From positions 4,521-68,520 of the forward strand of contig CBDAQI010000001.1 of NCBI GenBank assembly GCA_965198945.1: a stretch of DNA of 64,000 bases, in the 5' to 3' direction. Under the pieces are notes generated by a model that saw only the letters and a program-made list of their open reading frames with translations, made no database searches and was not told where the DNA came from. Made by a program: the position numbers and the translations under genes. This DNA comes from Thermodesulfobacteriota bacterium (lineage in GTDB: Bacteria > Desulfobacterota_D > UBA1144 > Nemesobacterales > Mycalebacteriaceae). Shown one piece after another: positions 50,003 to 60,074 of the stretch (positions are counted from its first letter, which is position 1; each line of letters starts with the position of its first letter).

Positions 50003-51553
50003 TTAAACTCCGTCCCGGACACGTTCTTCTTTTCGGGTTCTGCGGAGCTTGAGGCGGTTAAGAGCATTTACAAACGCCTTCGCACTTGCGACTATTATGT
50101 CCGTGTCTGAGCCCCTGCCGCGTGAAAAAACTCCGGCTTTCTCATCCGTTATACGGACTGTAACCTCGCCCTGGGCGTCAGTGCCCCCGGTTATGGAGGA
50201 GATTCTGTATGTTTCAAGCCTCGGATACTCTCCGGTCGCCTTTTTAATCGCCTTGTAAGCCGCATCCACCGGACCGCCGCCCCGTTCGGAAGCGGAAATT
50301 TTCTTCCCGCCGGCAAGAAGGCGCACAGTCGCCCCCGGAACCACACACGAACCGCCCGTGAACTCTACATCAAGAAGTTCGTAGTAGTCGGATGAACCCA
50401 TAAACTCTTCGCTTATAAGAGCCTCTATATCTTCGTCAAAAACATACTTTTTTTTGTCGGCGAGGTCTTTGAATTTTTTGAATGCCTCCTCAAACTGAGA
50501 CTCGTCAAGATCATATCCGAACTCGTTGAGCCGGTCCCTGAACGCATGTCTGCCCGAATGCTTGCCGAGAACTATGGAGTTTGATGATATGCCCACATCT
50601 TCGGGCTTCATAATCTCATATGTAATTCTGTCATTCAAAACGCCCGCCTGATGTATTCCCGCCTCATGAGCAAAAGCGTTTGCGCCCACAACGGCTTTGT
50701 TCGGCTGAACGGCGACTCCCGTGGTCTGAGACACAACCCTGCTTGTGGAATATATCTGCTCAGTGCAAATCCCGGTTTTCCAGGGATTTTTGTCTCCCCT
50801 GACCCTTATCGCCATAACTATCTCTTCAAGAGAAGCGTTTCCGGCTCTCTCCCCGAGGCCGTTTATCGTGCATTCCACCTGACGCGCTCCGTTTGCAATC
50901 GCGGCGAGGGAATTGGCAACGGCAAGTCCCAGATCGTTATGGCAGTGAACGCTCAAAATAATTCCGTCCAGACCGTCAACCCTTTGCCTCAGGGTTCTGA
51001 TAATCTCTGAAAATTCTTCCGGAACCGTATAGCCGACCGTATCGGGAATGTTGATTGTTGAGGCGCCGGACTCTATTGCGAGAGAGACAACCCGGCAGAG
51101 ATAGTCAATATCGGTGCGGGTGGCGTCTTCACAGGAAAACTCAACATTTGAAGTGAATCTGCTCGCATACTCAACAGACTCCGAGGCAATCCGCGCGACC
51201 TCTTCGCGCGATTTTCCCAGTTTGTGTTTAAGATGGATGTCCGAGGTTGCGATGAAGGTGTGTATGCGGGGATTTTCCGCGTTTTTTACGGCTTCCCATC
51301 CGCGGTCTATGTCATGTTTTGAAGCCCTGCAGAGAGCGGCAATCTCACAGCCTCTGATTTTTTCCGCTATTTCCCGCACCGAGATAAAATCCTCCCCGGA
51401 AGAAACCGGGAAACCCGCTTCTATGACATCAACCCCCAGGCGTTCAAGCTGATAGGCCACCCGCAGTTTCTGCGAAGCGGTCATTCCGCATCCGGGAGCC
51501 TGTTCTCCGTCTCTGAGTGTCGTGTCAAATATTTTCACATAGTCGGGCCGCAT
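50003..51553 (-). CDS. leuA: 2-isopropylmalate synthase
   Basis: 516 aa; MRPDYVKIFDTTLRDGEQAPG... plus a C-terminal LeuA dimerisation/regulatory domain. Confidence 0.88.
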   Translation of the reverse strand: MRPDYVKIFDTTLRDGEQAPGCGMTASQKLRVAYQLERLGVDVIEAGFPVSSGEDFISVREIAEKIRGCEIAALCRASKHDIDRGWEAVKNAENPRIHTFIATSDIHLKHKLGKSREEVARIASESVEYASRFTSNVEFSCEDATRTDIDYLCRVVSLAIESGASTINIPDTVGYTVPEEFSEIIRTLRQRVDGLDGIILSVHCHNDLGLAVANSLAAIANGARQVECTINGLGERAGNASLEEIVMAIRVRGDKNPWKTGICTEQIYSTSRVVSQTTGVAVQPNKAVVGANAFAHEAGIHQAGVLNDRITYEIMKPEDVGISSNSIVLGKHSGRHAFRDRLNEFGYDLDESQFEEAFKKFKDLADKKKYVFDEDIEALISEEFMGSSDYYELLDVEFTGGSCVVPGATVRLLAGGKKISASERGGGPVDAAYKAIKKATGEYPRLETYRISSITGGTDAQGEVTVRITDEKAGVFSRGRGSDTDIIVASAKAFVNALNRLKLRRTRKEERVRDGV

Positions 51554-51575
51554 TTTGACTTTACACCGCGCCGAT

Positions 51576-51649
51576 TGGCTGGGGGACTGGGATTCGAACC
51601 CAGACTAACGGTTCCAGAGACCGCGGTACTGCCGTTATACTATCCCCCA
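51576..51649 (-). tRNA. tRNA-Gln (anticodon CTG)
   Basis: The minus-strand sequence TGGGGGAT-AGTATAACGGCAGTAC-C-GCGGT-CTCTGGA-ACCGT-TAGT-CTGGGTTCGAATCCCAG-TCCCCCAGCCA folds as a cloverleaf. The U1-A72 pair and UGGGG...CCCCAGCCA ends are as in E. coli tRNA-Gln. CCA is encoded. Confidence 0.85.
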
Positions 51650-51736
51650 TTCGGCGGGGTTAATACTACATAAACCGCCGGCAATTTGAACAGTCTCACG
51701 GCAGGAAGTAAACTCCGGTGCTGAAACACCCGGAAA

Positions 51737-53710
51737 ATGCAAATGATTAAAACCGTTTTCTCCACAGCCGTTGCGACTCTCATTTTATGCGCCGTCCACA
51801 CTGCCGCCTGCAAAGCGCAAAACACCGGAGACGGAAATTCTCTGAAAAAACTCAAGCTCGCCCGCAAAGAGACCTTACGCTCGGAAAACCCCGAAAAGGC
51901 TCTCTCTCTTCTCTACAATACGGAAAATGAGGTTCCCGAACTCAAAGAGTACGTTTTTTTCATCAGAGGCGAAGCGCTTGAAAAACTGTCAAACCCTCTT
52001 GCGGCTGACATGTACCGGATTGCGTCGGATTCGGAAGCGCTGAGAACCAAAGCGCTTGAAAAACAGGCGGAGTCTCTTGAAAAAAACGGGCTGTGGACTG
52101 AGGCGGGAAAGACATACAAAACCCTGCTTGATTATAAGGACGCCAAGCGCAAAAGCTTCTATTTGAAAAAAATGGCTGAAATATCAGAGAAAAGAGGCAA
52201 TACCGCAAAAGCGGCGGAGATTTGGGAATCACTCTGGGAAAATTATCCGGCAAGCGATTTTTCGGAAGAAGCGCCGGGAAAAATTACCGCGCTCACGGGA
52301 AAATTCTCCCCTTCGGAAAAGGTGCGGCGGCAAAGAGCGGAAAGGCTGTTTTCACTGGGAAAATGCGTAAGCGCACTCGCCGCATATAAAACACTGCCCG
52401 TAACTCCGCAAAGCAACATTGAACGGGCCGTATGTATGCGCAGAACGGGGAGAAAAAACCGTGAGACGCTCGAAAGGGCCCTGCTTTTACTGCAAAACTC
52501 ACGGTCGGCCGAAGGGATATATGTAAAAGGAACCTTGCTTGAGTCAATGGCGAAAATTTCCGGTGACAAAAAAGAAAAATCGGATCTGTTTCTGAAAGCC
52601 AGACGCGTTTTCAAGTCGGTTAACACATCTTTTCCGGGTTCTGAATGGGCTGGCAAGGCTCTTCTGAAAGAGCAGAAAATCGCACTGAAGCTCGGCAAAA
52701 CCGACAGGGCTGAGAGAGTATATACTCTGATAAAAAAATCCCACCCCGGAAAAAGAGCTGATACGGCTTGGAATCTGGGCTGGTTTTACTACAAAAATGG
52801 CGAATATGAAAAAGCGGGGCGGATATTTTCCGAAAACAGCAGACCTGTGAATTCAATGCTCGCCGGACAGTTCCCATACTGGAGAGCGAAAATTTTTGAA
52901 AAAGCCGGCAAAAACGGGGAGTCAACAAAACTGTTTCAAGAAACCGCCGAGCGAAAAAACTTCAGTTACTACTCCTTTCTCGCATCTGAAAAAACCGGTC
53001 ATAAGAGAAGTTTCTCAAAGTCCGCAAAAACAAAACGGAACCCGGAGGAGAGCCCCGCAATAGCAAGGGCGCGGCTTTTGCTTGATGCGAGTTTTGACTC
53101 ATGGGCGGAAAAGGAAGCCGAAATTGCGTCCAAATCACATCCGGTTGCGGCATGTGAAATACTCACCGCCACAAAAAACTTTCATTCATGCATAAAAATT
53201 GCCGGAAACTATCCTCCGCCCGAAGAAGCGCGTTTTGCATTTCCACAAGGATTTGAGAAACAAATCGGGGCGTCCTGTGCCGCAAACGGGCTGGATGAAA
53301 ATCTTGTTTATTCTCTCATACGGGAGGAAAGCAGGTTCAAAACAGACGCCGTCTCGCCCGCGCCCGCTTTTGGTCTCATGCAACTCATCCTGCCGACCGC
53401 AAAAGAAGTCGCGGGGAAAACCGGTGAGAAAGAAATAACACGGAAGAAACTTTTTCTGCCGGAAGTAAACATCAAACTCGGCTGCCATTATCTGGCCTCA
53501 ATGCTGAAAAGATTCAAAAACAACCCCGTGCTGGCGCTTTCGGCCTACAACGCGGGCCCGTCAAGAGCGAAAAGGTGGTCGGGAGAATTCAAAAACCTTG
53601 AGCGGGACGAATTCACCGAAGAAATTCCGTTCAGGGAAACCAGAAACTACGTCAGACGCATATTCAGAAGCTACGGAGCGTATAGGGCCGTCTACGGCTC
53701 CGACGGTTGA
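51737..53710 (+). CDS. Soluble lytic murein transglycosylase (TPR-like superhelical domain plus SLT domain)
   Basis: 657 aa with a signal peptide and a C-terminal SLT motif (...EESRF...GLMQL...AYNAGP). Confidence 0.85.
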   Translation: MQMIKTVFSTAVATLILCAVHTAACKAQNTGDGNSLKKLKLARKETLRSENPEKALSLLYNTENEVPELKEYVFFIRGEALEKLSNPLAADMYRIASDSEALRTKALEKQAESLEKNGLWTEAGKTYKTLLDYKDAKRKSFYLKKMAEISEKRGNTAKAAEIWESLWENYPASDFSEEAPGKITALTGKFSPSEKVRRQRAERLFSLGKCVSALAAYKTLPVTPQSNIERAVCMRRTGRKNRETLERALLLLQNSRSAEGIYVKGTLLESMAKISGDKKEKSDLFLKARRVFKSVNTSFPGSEWAGKALLKEQKIALKLGKTDRAERVYTLIKKSHPGKRADTAWNLGWFYYKNGEYEKAGRIFSENSRPVNSMLAGQFPYWRAKIFEKAGKNGESTKLFQETAERKNFSYYSFLASEKTGHKRSFSKSAKTKRNPEESPAIARARLLLDASFDSWAEKEAEIASKSHPVAACEILTATKNFHSCIKIAGNYPPPEEARFAFPQGFEKQIGASCAANGLDENLVYSLIREESRFKTDAVSPAPAFGLMQLILPTAKEVAGKTGEKEITRKKLFLPEVNIKLGCHYLASMLKRFKNNPVLALSAYNAGPSRAKRWSGEFKNLERDEFTEEIPFRETRNYVRRIFRSYGAYRAVYGSDG

Positions 53711-54336
53711 AATTCGGCGAAGTTTTTCAAAATTTTCAAGCCCGCACCGGAGCTCTTTTCGGGATGAAACTGGCAGGCAAAAACATTGTTTTTTGCCACC
53801 GCCGCGGCAAATCTCACCCCGTGCTCGGTTTCAGCGGCGATTATTGAATCGTCATCAGAGTCAACACGGAAAGAGTGCGCGAAGTAGAACCAGTTCTCAT
53901 CACTAATTCCACTGAAAAGCGGAGAAGGCTTTTTCAAACAAACCCGGTTCCAGCCCATATGCGGAATTTTAAGCCCCGGCAAACCGGACGGAAACCTTCG
54001 CACCCGACCTCTGAAAATTCCAAGCCCCGGCTCGCCGGGGCTTTCATCACTGTGTTCAAAAAGAATCTGAAGTCCGAGACACATTCCAAGATACGGCCTG
54101 CCGCTGTCTATAAAATCCCGAATCGCTCCCGCGGCGCCGGTTTCTTTCAGAGACTGGGAACAGTCACCAAAAGCGGCGACGCCGGGAAAAACAAGGCGTT
54201 CTGACCCCTCTATGCTTTTCGCATCTGAGATTGCTCTGACTTTGAAGCCGAGAAACCTGAAAGCGTTAAGGACACTTTGCTGGTTTCCCATTCCATAGTC
54301 AAAAACGGTTACTTCCCCGCCGCCGGGTGAGTTCAT
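53692..54336 (-). CDS. hisH: Imidazole glycerol phosphate synthase, glutamine amidotransferase subunit
   Basis: 214 aa; class-I GATase GMCLGLQIL...FHPEKS. Confidence 0.92.
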   Translation of the reverse strand: MNSPGGGEVTVFDYGMGNQQSVLNAFRFLGFKVRAISDAKSIEGSERLVFPGVAAFGDCSQSLKETGAAGAIRDFIDSGRPYLGMCLGLQILFEHSDESPGEPGLGIFRGRVRRFPSGLPGLKIPHMGWNRVCLKKPSPLFSGISDENWFYFAHSFRVDSDDDSIIAAETEHGVRFAAAVAKNNVFACQFHPEKSSGAGLKILKNFAEFQPSEP

Positions 54337-54926
54337 AACGCGCCCTTTGTCGAGGGAATATCGCCATAGCGATTGTCAATGGCCGTTGCGAGGTCAAACG
54401 CGCGTCCGCATGATTTGAACATCGCCTCAATGTTGTGGTGCAGATTTTCTCCGCATTCAAGACGTATGTGCAGGTTGCAGCCCATGTTGTTTGAGAGTGA
54501 TTTGAAAAACTCACGGGCAAGTTCCGAATCAAAATCTCCCACCTTGGATTTGGGCATATCGGCATTGAACACAAGGCAGGGTCTTCCGCTTATGTCAACC
54601 GCGGTGAAAACAAGCGTGTCTTCAAACGGAACATATGAGTGCGCAAAGCGGACTATGCTTTTTTTCTCTCCGAGCGCTTCTCTGAAAGCGTTTCCGAGCG
54701 CTATGCCGACATCTTCAACCGTGTGATGGAAATCAACCTCGGTGTCGCCGATGGCTTTTATTTTAAGGTCAAAACAGCCGTGACGCGCAAACTGACACAG
54801 CATATGATCAAAAAACGGTATCCCGGTCTTAATATCAAACACACCGGCGCCGTCAACGTTCAAATCAACGCTGACTTTAACTTCATTGGTTTTTCTCTCA
54901 AAACTCGCTTTTCTTTCCGCAACCAT
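54333..54926 (-). CDS. hisB: Imidazoleglycerol-phosphate dehydratase
   Basis: 197 aa; ...RKTNEVKVSVDLNVDG...DTEVDFHHTVEDVGIALG... Confidence 0.93.
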   Translation of the reverse strand: MVAERKASFERKTNEVKVSVDLNVDGAGVFDIKTGIPFFDHMLCQFARHGCFDLKIKAIGDTEVDFHHTVEDVGIALGNAFREALGEKKSIVRFAHSYVPFEDTLVFTAVDISGRPCLVFNADMPKSKVGDFDSELAREFFKSLSNNMGCNLHIRLECGENLHHNIEAMFKSCGRAFDLATAIDNRYGDIPSTKGAL

Positions 54927-55029
54927 ATTGACCGCAATTAAATGAAAAATTCACACTTCCTGAACGTGAGGAAATTAGCTTAAGGTGAGACATTCAATTC
55001 TTACTCAATTTTAACACGGAGGCAGAAAA

Positions 55030-56763
55030 GTGAAACAGTTTTTGAAACTCTTGGGAGTATTTACGGTTTTAGTCCAGACTCTTGCGGCAACACAAAATTC
55101 ATGGGCACAGGAACAGCCCGCAGTGGTAAGATGCGAACTGCCGGATTGTAAAGTTACGCCAATTTTTACCGTGGGAGAAAGCATAGGTCAAAGCAACTAT
55201 ATGCCTCCGGGCCGGCTTGACGGCACCGGCGCATATAAACTGAATAAAAACACCGTCCGCGTTTTTGTAAACCACGAGATTTCCAGAAATGATTCCACCG
55301 GCTCCAACTATAAAAGGGGAGATAGAACGGGCGTCTTTGAACTTGAAGGGGCGCGTGTTTCCTATTTTGATTTCAACATGGAAACTCTCAAAGTCTTGGA
55401 CTCGGGAGTCGCCTTTTCAACAATCTACAACGCATCGGGCAATCCTGTTTCCGATAACAGTTTTTTACCGGTCAACTCACGAAATTACGGCTTTGACAAA
55501 TTTTGTTCGGCGAACTTGTTTGAGCCATTCCGGTTCGGACGGGGGCGGGGGTTTGTGGACCGCATCTTTATGACAAACGAAGAATCTTCATTGGGTCCCG
55601 GAGGAGCTTTCTGGGCTCTTAATCCGGAAGACCGCAGTCTGTGGCACGTATCAGCACTGGGACGCGGGAAATGGGAAAGCAGCACGCAGCTGGACACCGG
55701 ATCACCCGATAAGGTGGCTCTGATACTTTCAGATGATGAGTCTCCGTATGATGTGGACAGTGACGGGATAAGGGAATTGGCGCCCCTATACCTCTATGTG
55801 GGCATAAAAGATAAAAGCCCCGACGCCGACTTTCTTGCAAGAAACGGCCTGAGAAATGGAAAAATCTATGTCTGGGTCGCAGACAACAAATCAAAAAATC
55901 CGTCTGATTTCAGAGGCAAAGGGTCGCTGAGCGGCCGTTGGATGGAACTGGATACATCCGGAGGAACACCATCTGAAAACGGCGGTTCAGGTTTTGACGA
56001 ATATGGCAATCCGGGCCAGGTAAAACTCTGAAAAAGAGCCGAAGAAATCGGAGCGTTCGGCTTTTCACGACCCGAAGATGTGGCGACAAATCCCGAAAAC
56101 GGAAGGGAAGCCGTGCTTGCCTCAACCGGCAGTTCAAAACTCGGCAGCAACGCCGACAGAGTGGGCACCCTATACACAATTAAAACCGACTTTAGAAAAA
56201 TGACCGGCACATTAAAAATAGTCTACGACGGTGACATGGATCCAAGCAGAAGACTGCGCAGCCCCGACAATCTTGACTGGACTGACGACGGATGGATTTA
56301 TGTGCAGGAAGACATGGCCGCGGACACGGACGATGACGGCAGACCCATTTTCGGCGCCGGTGCGGCAAATCCTTATGAGGCAAGCATTGTGCGGATAAAT
56401 CCGGAAAACGGGGAAATTCAGCGCGTAGCGGAGATTGACCGAACTGCGGTATTGGACCCGAGCACCTTTGGAACCGCTTTTGACCGGTATGATGGGAAGG
56501 CGGGCAAATGGGAGACCTCCGGCATTTTGGATGTTTCAACCCTGTTCGGCAGGAAAAAAGGAACACTGTTCATTTTAGATGTGCGTGCCCACGGCATTAA
56601 AAACCAGAATGATCTCAATGGCGATTCCGAAATAGACGATGAAGGTCTTGTTGAGGGGGGTCAGTTGCTGTTCCTCGACCTTTCTGCCGACCGCAGCGCA
56701 GGCCGGGGTTCTGCCGGAAAACTCACAAACCTTCCCGGAAGCCGTGGACAACGCCTGCCGTAA
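55030..56763 (+). pseudogene. phoX: PhoX/DUF839-family secreted phosphatase interrupted by a single in-frame TGA (56029-56031); pseudogene, sequencing error or recoded codon
   Basis: ORFs 55030-56031 (with signal peptide) and 56080-56763 are in the same frame. Reading through the TGA gives ...GNPGQVKL-TGA-KRAEEIGAFGFSRPEDVATNPENG.... The C-terminal half has PhoX hallmarks (SPDNLDWTDDGWIYVQED; TLFILDVRAHG). Confidence 0.55.
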
Positions 56764-57155
56764 CTTGAAACATAGAAGGCGCAGCGCAACTCTTTGAACG
56801 ACACGGAAACCGCTGAAAATACTGCCGCCATGCTCACAAAATGACGAAATCAGCGGAGAGGCGCAAAAAACTTCACAATGAAAAGGGGTGAGCTCTTTGG
56901 GGCGGTCGGAGCAGAAATATGGTTTTCAAATATACTGAAATCGGAGACCTGACATAATTGGATAGAAACCACTGTCGTATTGGGCAAAGGCGGCTTTGAA
57001 CCTCCGCATCACATATGAAGCAGAGGTTAAAGAGCTACTGAGCTCATACTCAATGACCGCAAAATTTGGTATTAATCTGTGAAAGCGTCTTTTTAAGAAA
57101 CCGTGTAGACAGACCGAGCAATGAGGTTTCAAAGCATGACGCGCCGCAACCGGCC

Positions 57156-57189
57156 TTACAACAGGCCGTTTTCAACAAAGCTGTAGTGG
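57156..57189 (-). repeat. Copy A of a ~35-bp direct repeat (equals the last 10 codons plus stop of radC)
   Basis: acaaca-gg-CCGTTTTCAACAAAGCTGTAGTGG (24/24 core) matches 59723-59754. On the minus strand it encodes HYSFVENGLL* as at the real radC end. Confidence 0.7.
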
Positions 57190-57305
57190 CCATGCCGATA
57201 TCTTCAACGGTGTGATGGAAATCAACCTCGGCGTCGCCGTCAACGTTCAAATCAACGCTGACTTTAACTTCATTGGTTTTTCTCTCAAAACTCGCTTTTC
57301 TTTCC
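57190..57305 (-). pseudogene. Partial duplicate of the hisB 5' coding region (two blocks with an internal deletion; start codon lost)
   Basis: 57190-57236 matches hisB 54702-54748 with 3 mismatches. 57236-57302 is identical to hisB 54850-54916 (67/67). Sequence diverges exactly at the start-codon position. Confidence 0.7.
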
Positions 57306-57704
57306 GGAGGTATTGCCAGAAAACTTAACGGAATTGTGGGGATAGGGCAATAACGCTGGAACCTCTAAAACCTATTTTCTGTAATTCCGTATTTGACATA
57401 CAGACTCGCTCCTTATTACCGTTTTAGGGTGGAACCGAGTTGCCAAATCTCTGTGAATGCAAAAATCCACGGAAAATAAAAGGAGGTTTAGATAAACAAC
57501 AATGGCTTCATACTATGGCGTTTTTTATTTGTATATCAGTTATGACAGTTTCACTTATTGGAATATATTCACTTCTGTTTAGGGTTCATCAATGGATAAT
57601 AAACTGTTTCAAATGCTTTAAGGATATTTTGAACCTAAGAATATTAATAGTTCTGTACGTTGCTAATTTATACGAATTTCTAAAACAAAAAAGCTACAAG
57701 GTCT

Positions 57705-59075
57705 TCACATTTTATAAATTAGCATGAAACCATTGAATTGAACTGCTTCAGATACTGACTCATTTACTTCCGTATCTTTATCATAGTAGTTAAACTGATG
57801 GTATGGTGATTCCAAATCAGTTTTCATCCAATGAAGTTTTTTGTTGTCAGTTCCAATTTTTTCAAAGTAATTTTTGGCATATTGCGGAAGAACGGCGCCA
57901 TCAGAGTGGATCATCAATGTTGGTTTTTTGAGGTCTGCGGCCGTTGACATAGGATCCGCCGTTAACCAATCTTCCCAGGAGATTACGGCAAATTCTTTAT
58001 TACTCCACTCCGGTACTGCACCACGATCAGAGTTGAGATAATAGTCATAAGGACCGTACATTGCGGCAGAGGGATCTTCGGTAGAAATAGTCGGGATATA
58101 TTGAACTAGACCGTTTTCAGCATAATCTCTTTTTGCTTTTTTGGCCGCACTCAATTTTTCATTTACTCCTTCTTCTCCGCCGTAAAAGAGTTTAACGGCT
58201 TCGGCGTCATGAAGCCAAGCGGCAACTGTAACAACCGATTGGATTCTATTATCTTCTGCGGTTGCCATAAGAGTATACATCCCACCTGCGCAAACCCCGA
58301 AGGCTCCAATCCTTGAATCATCTACCTCAGATACGGTTTCTAAGAAAGAAACGGCATTTTTAATGTCTTCCTTTTTAAGACTCGGACTCTCATAATATCT
58401 CGGTTCTCCTTCACTTTCCCCATAATTCCTGAAGTCGAAAGCTAGCGTAATGAAGCCTTCGTTGGCAAGTTTTTCTGCATATAAACCCGCCATTTGTTCT
58501 TTTACCGTAGTCCAACTGCCCGACACTACAATAGCGGGATATTTTCTTGACTTGTCAAAGTTAGGGGGAAAAAACATATTGCCTACAAGATTAGCGCCTT
58601 CGCTATTAAAATTGATTTTCTTCATTTGTATATGTTTATCCTCCATTTTTATTTTATTCAGCAAACCAAAACCACGTGCAGCCACTATGGGATTGAATAT
58701 TTCAACATACTCGGTAATCAAACCCTGATCATTGAATTTGAAAGTTGAATAGTATTGATTCTCATATAGTCGTGCGCTATTCTTTAACCTGATTTTACCT
58801 TTATATTTAACGTAAACAATATTAGGATCTTCCATGGCATAAATTTCTTCAATTGGGAACTCCATTCCATCAAAATTGGAAAAGACGGGCGCCCAATAAT
58901 TTCGTATTTCCTCTCTGCCAACTGCGCCGCCGGAAAATATCCCCGATGCGTAAGGATTGATTTGTTCAGCATTATGGGCGAATAGAGATGCCAAAACCTC
59001 CACATTTTCACTTTCCAACGCCTTGAAAAACTTTTTGGCCGTTTCTTTATTTTTAATCGATTTGTCTTTATTCAT
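57705..59075 (-). CDS. Fusion protein: N-terminal SnoaL/NTF2-like domain plus C-terminal alpha/beta hydrolase (dienelactone-hydrolase-like)
   Basis: 456 aa, low-GC gene. The C-terminal region has alpha/beta-hydrolase features (GVCAGG nucleophile-elbow-like; ...HSDGA...). Confidence 0.65.
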   Translation of the reverse strand: MNKDKSIKNKETAKKFFKALESENVEVLASLFAHNAEQINPYASGIFSGGAVGREEIRNYWAPVFSNFDGMEFPIEEIYAMEDPNIVYVKYKGKIRLKNSARLYENQYYSTFKFNDQGLITEYVEIFNPIVAARGFGLLNKIKMEDKHIQMKKINFNSEGANLVGNMFFPPNFDKSRKYPAIVVSGSWTTVKEQMAGLYAEKLANEGFITLAFDFRNYGESEGEPRYYESPSLKKEDIKNAVSFLETVSEVDDSRIGAFGVCAGGMYTLMATAEDNRIQSVVTVAAWLHDAEAVKLFYGGEEGVNEKLSAAKKAKRDYAENGLVQYIPTISTEDPSAAMYGPYDYYLNSDRGAVPEWSNKEFAVISWEDWLTADPMSTAADLKKPTLMIHSDGAVLPQYAKNYFEKIGTDNKKLHWMKTDLESPYHQFNYYDKDTEVNESVSEAVQFNGFMLIYKM

Positions 59076-59117
59076 ATGGATTTCTATTTTAAAATTTTCT
59101 GATTCTTTTTGTCGCCT

Positions 59118-59585
59118 CTATTCTGAGTTGAGCAATCTCTTTATTGCCTTCTCCGATAGTAATGTATTTCCATGCTGATATTTGAAATTAAATTTCATTG
59201 ATGAAATTTTCCAATTATCCGAACCATCTTTTATCAAATCAAAGTCGTAAGTTCCGACCACTACCCATAGGCTGGCTTCATTATCTTTTAAATGGTGACT
59301 TGCCGTTCCATAACACGACAAATATGCAGCATCCCCTCGGTAGGAGACCTGGAAATTACCTAATTGGTGGTGGGTGGCATCAAAACCGGGAAGAATACCC
59401 TTCCATGAGGCGATAATTTGTTTGGCTGACATTTTAGCTGCTGGTCTACCATTCATGGATGAATAGTCTAAACTAACTTTTGAGTTAAACGACTTTTCTA
59501 CAACATCCCAATCACGATTATCCGTGGCTACAAACATATTAATAACCACATCTTTGGGCGATTTCGTGTTCCGTGCATTATTCAT
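59118..59585 (-). CDS. SnoaL-like/NTF2-family protein
   Basis: 155 aa, low GC, NTF2-like cone-fold sequence pattern. Confidence 0.6.
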   Translation of the reverse strand: MNNARNTKSPKDVVINMFVATDNRDWDVVEKSFNSKVSLDYSSMNGRPAAKMSAKQIIASWKGILPGFDATHHQLGNFQVSYRGDAAYLSCYGTASHHLKDNEASLWVVVGTYDFDLIKDGSDNWKISSMKFNFKYQHGNTLLSEKAIKRLLNSE

Positions 59586-59720
59586 ATGAACTAAAAATCT
59601 GCAAATCCACTCTTTAAGCGACTGTTTTCTACTTTCAGATGTTTCAATAAATTGTTGAAAAATTCTCCGGGGTTTACGGGCTTTTTTTCCAAACTCAAAT
59701 CACAGAGATTAACAACATTC

Positions 59721-60074
59721 TCACAACAACCCGTTTTCAACAAAGCTGTAGTGGTCGTTGGAACAGACACTTATATGGTCAACAAGCCGTATGTCAAGTG
59801 ATTTGCAGATTCGGGCAAGTTCTTCGGTTATTTCTTTGTCGCTCTCAGACGGCTGAGGGTGGCCGCTCGGATGGTTGTGAACGACAATGATTCCCGAGCA
59901 TTTTTTCAGATCAATAGCCTTTTTCACCACATCTCTTATGTTCATACTGACGCTTCCGACCGAGCCTTCCGACACAACCTCGTGCTTGAGAAACTGGTTT
60001 TTTGTGTTGACAAAAACCAGAACCATAAACTCCCTGCTTTCCCTGCCTATTCTTGATTTGCAAAAATCTATCAC
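59721..60074 (-). CDS. radC: RadC-family JAB/MPN domain protein (C-terminal half of RadC)
   Basis: 117 aa with the JAMM motif ...IIVVHNHPSGHPQPSESD.... Its last 35 nt are copy B of the direct repeat. Confidence 0.85.
   Translation of the reverse strand: MIDFCKSRIGRESREFMVLVFVNTKNQFLKHEVVSEGSVGSVSMNIRDVVKKAIDLKKCSGIIVVHNHPSGHPQPSESDKEITEELARICKSLDIRLVDHISVCSNDHYSFVENGLL

Noticed and set aside
57440-57727. AAGGAGG (57479-57486) followed by a 26-codon Tyr/Phe-rich ORF (MASYYGVFYLYISYDSFTYWNIFTSV) and an overlapping 95-aa ORF in the AT-rich spacer
   Set aside because: SD-to-ATG spacing is about 15 nt, which is too long. The composition is AT-rich and low-complexity. Neither frame has a convincing start or recognisable features. 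Probably non-coding spacer of the inserted segment.
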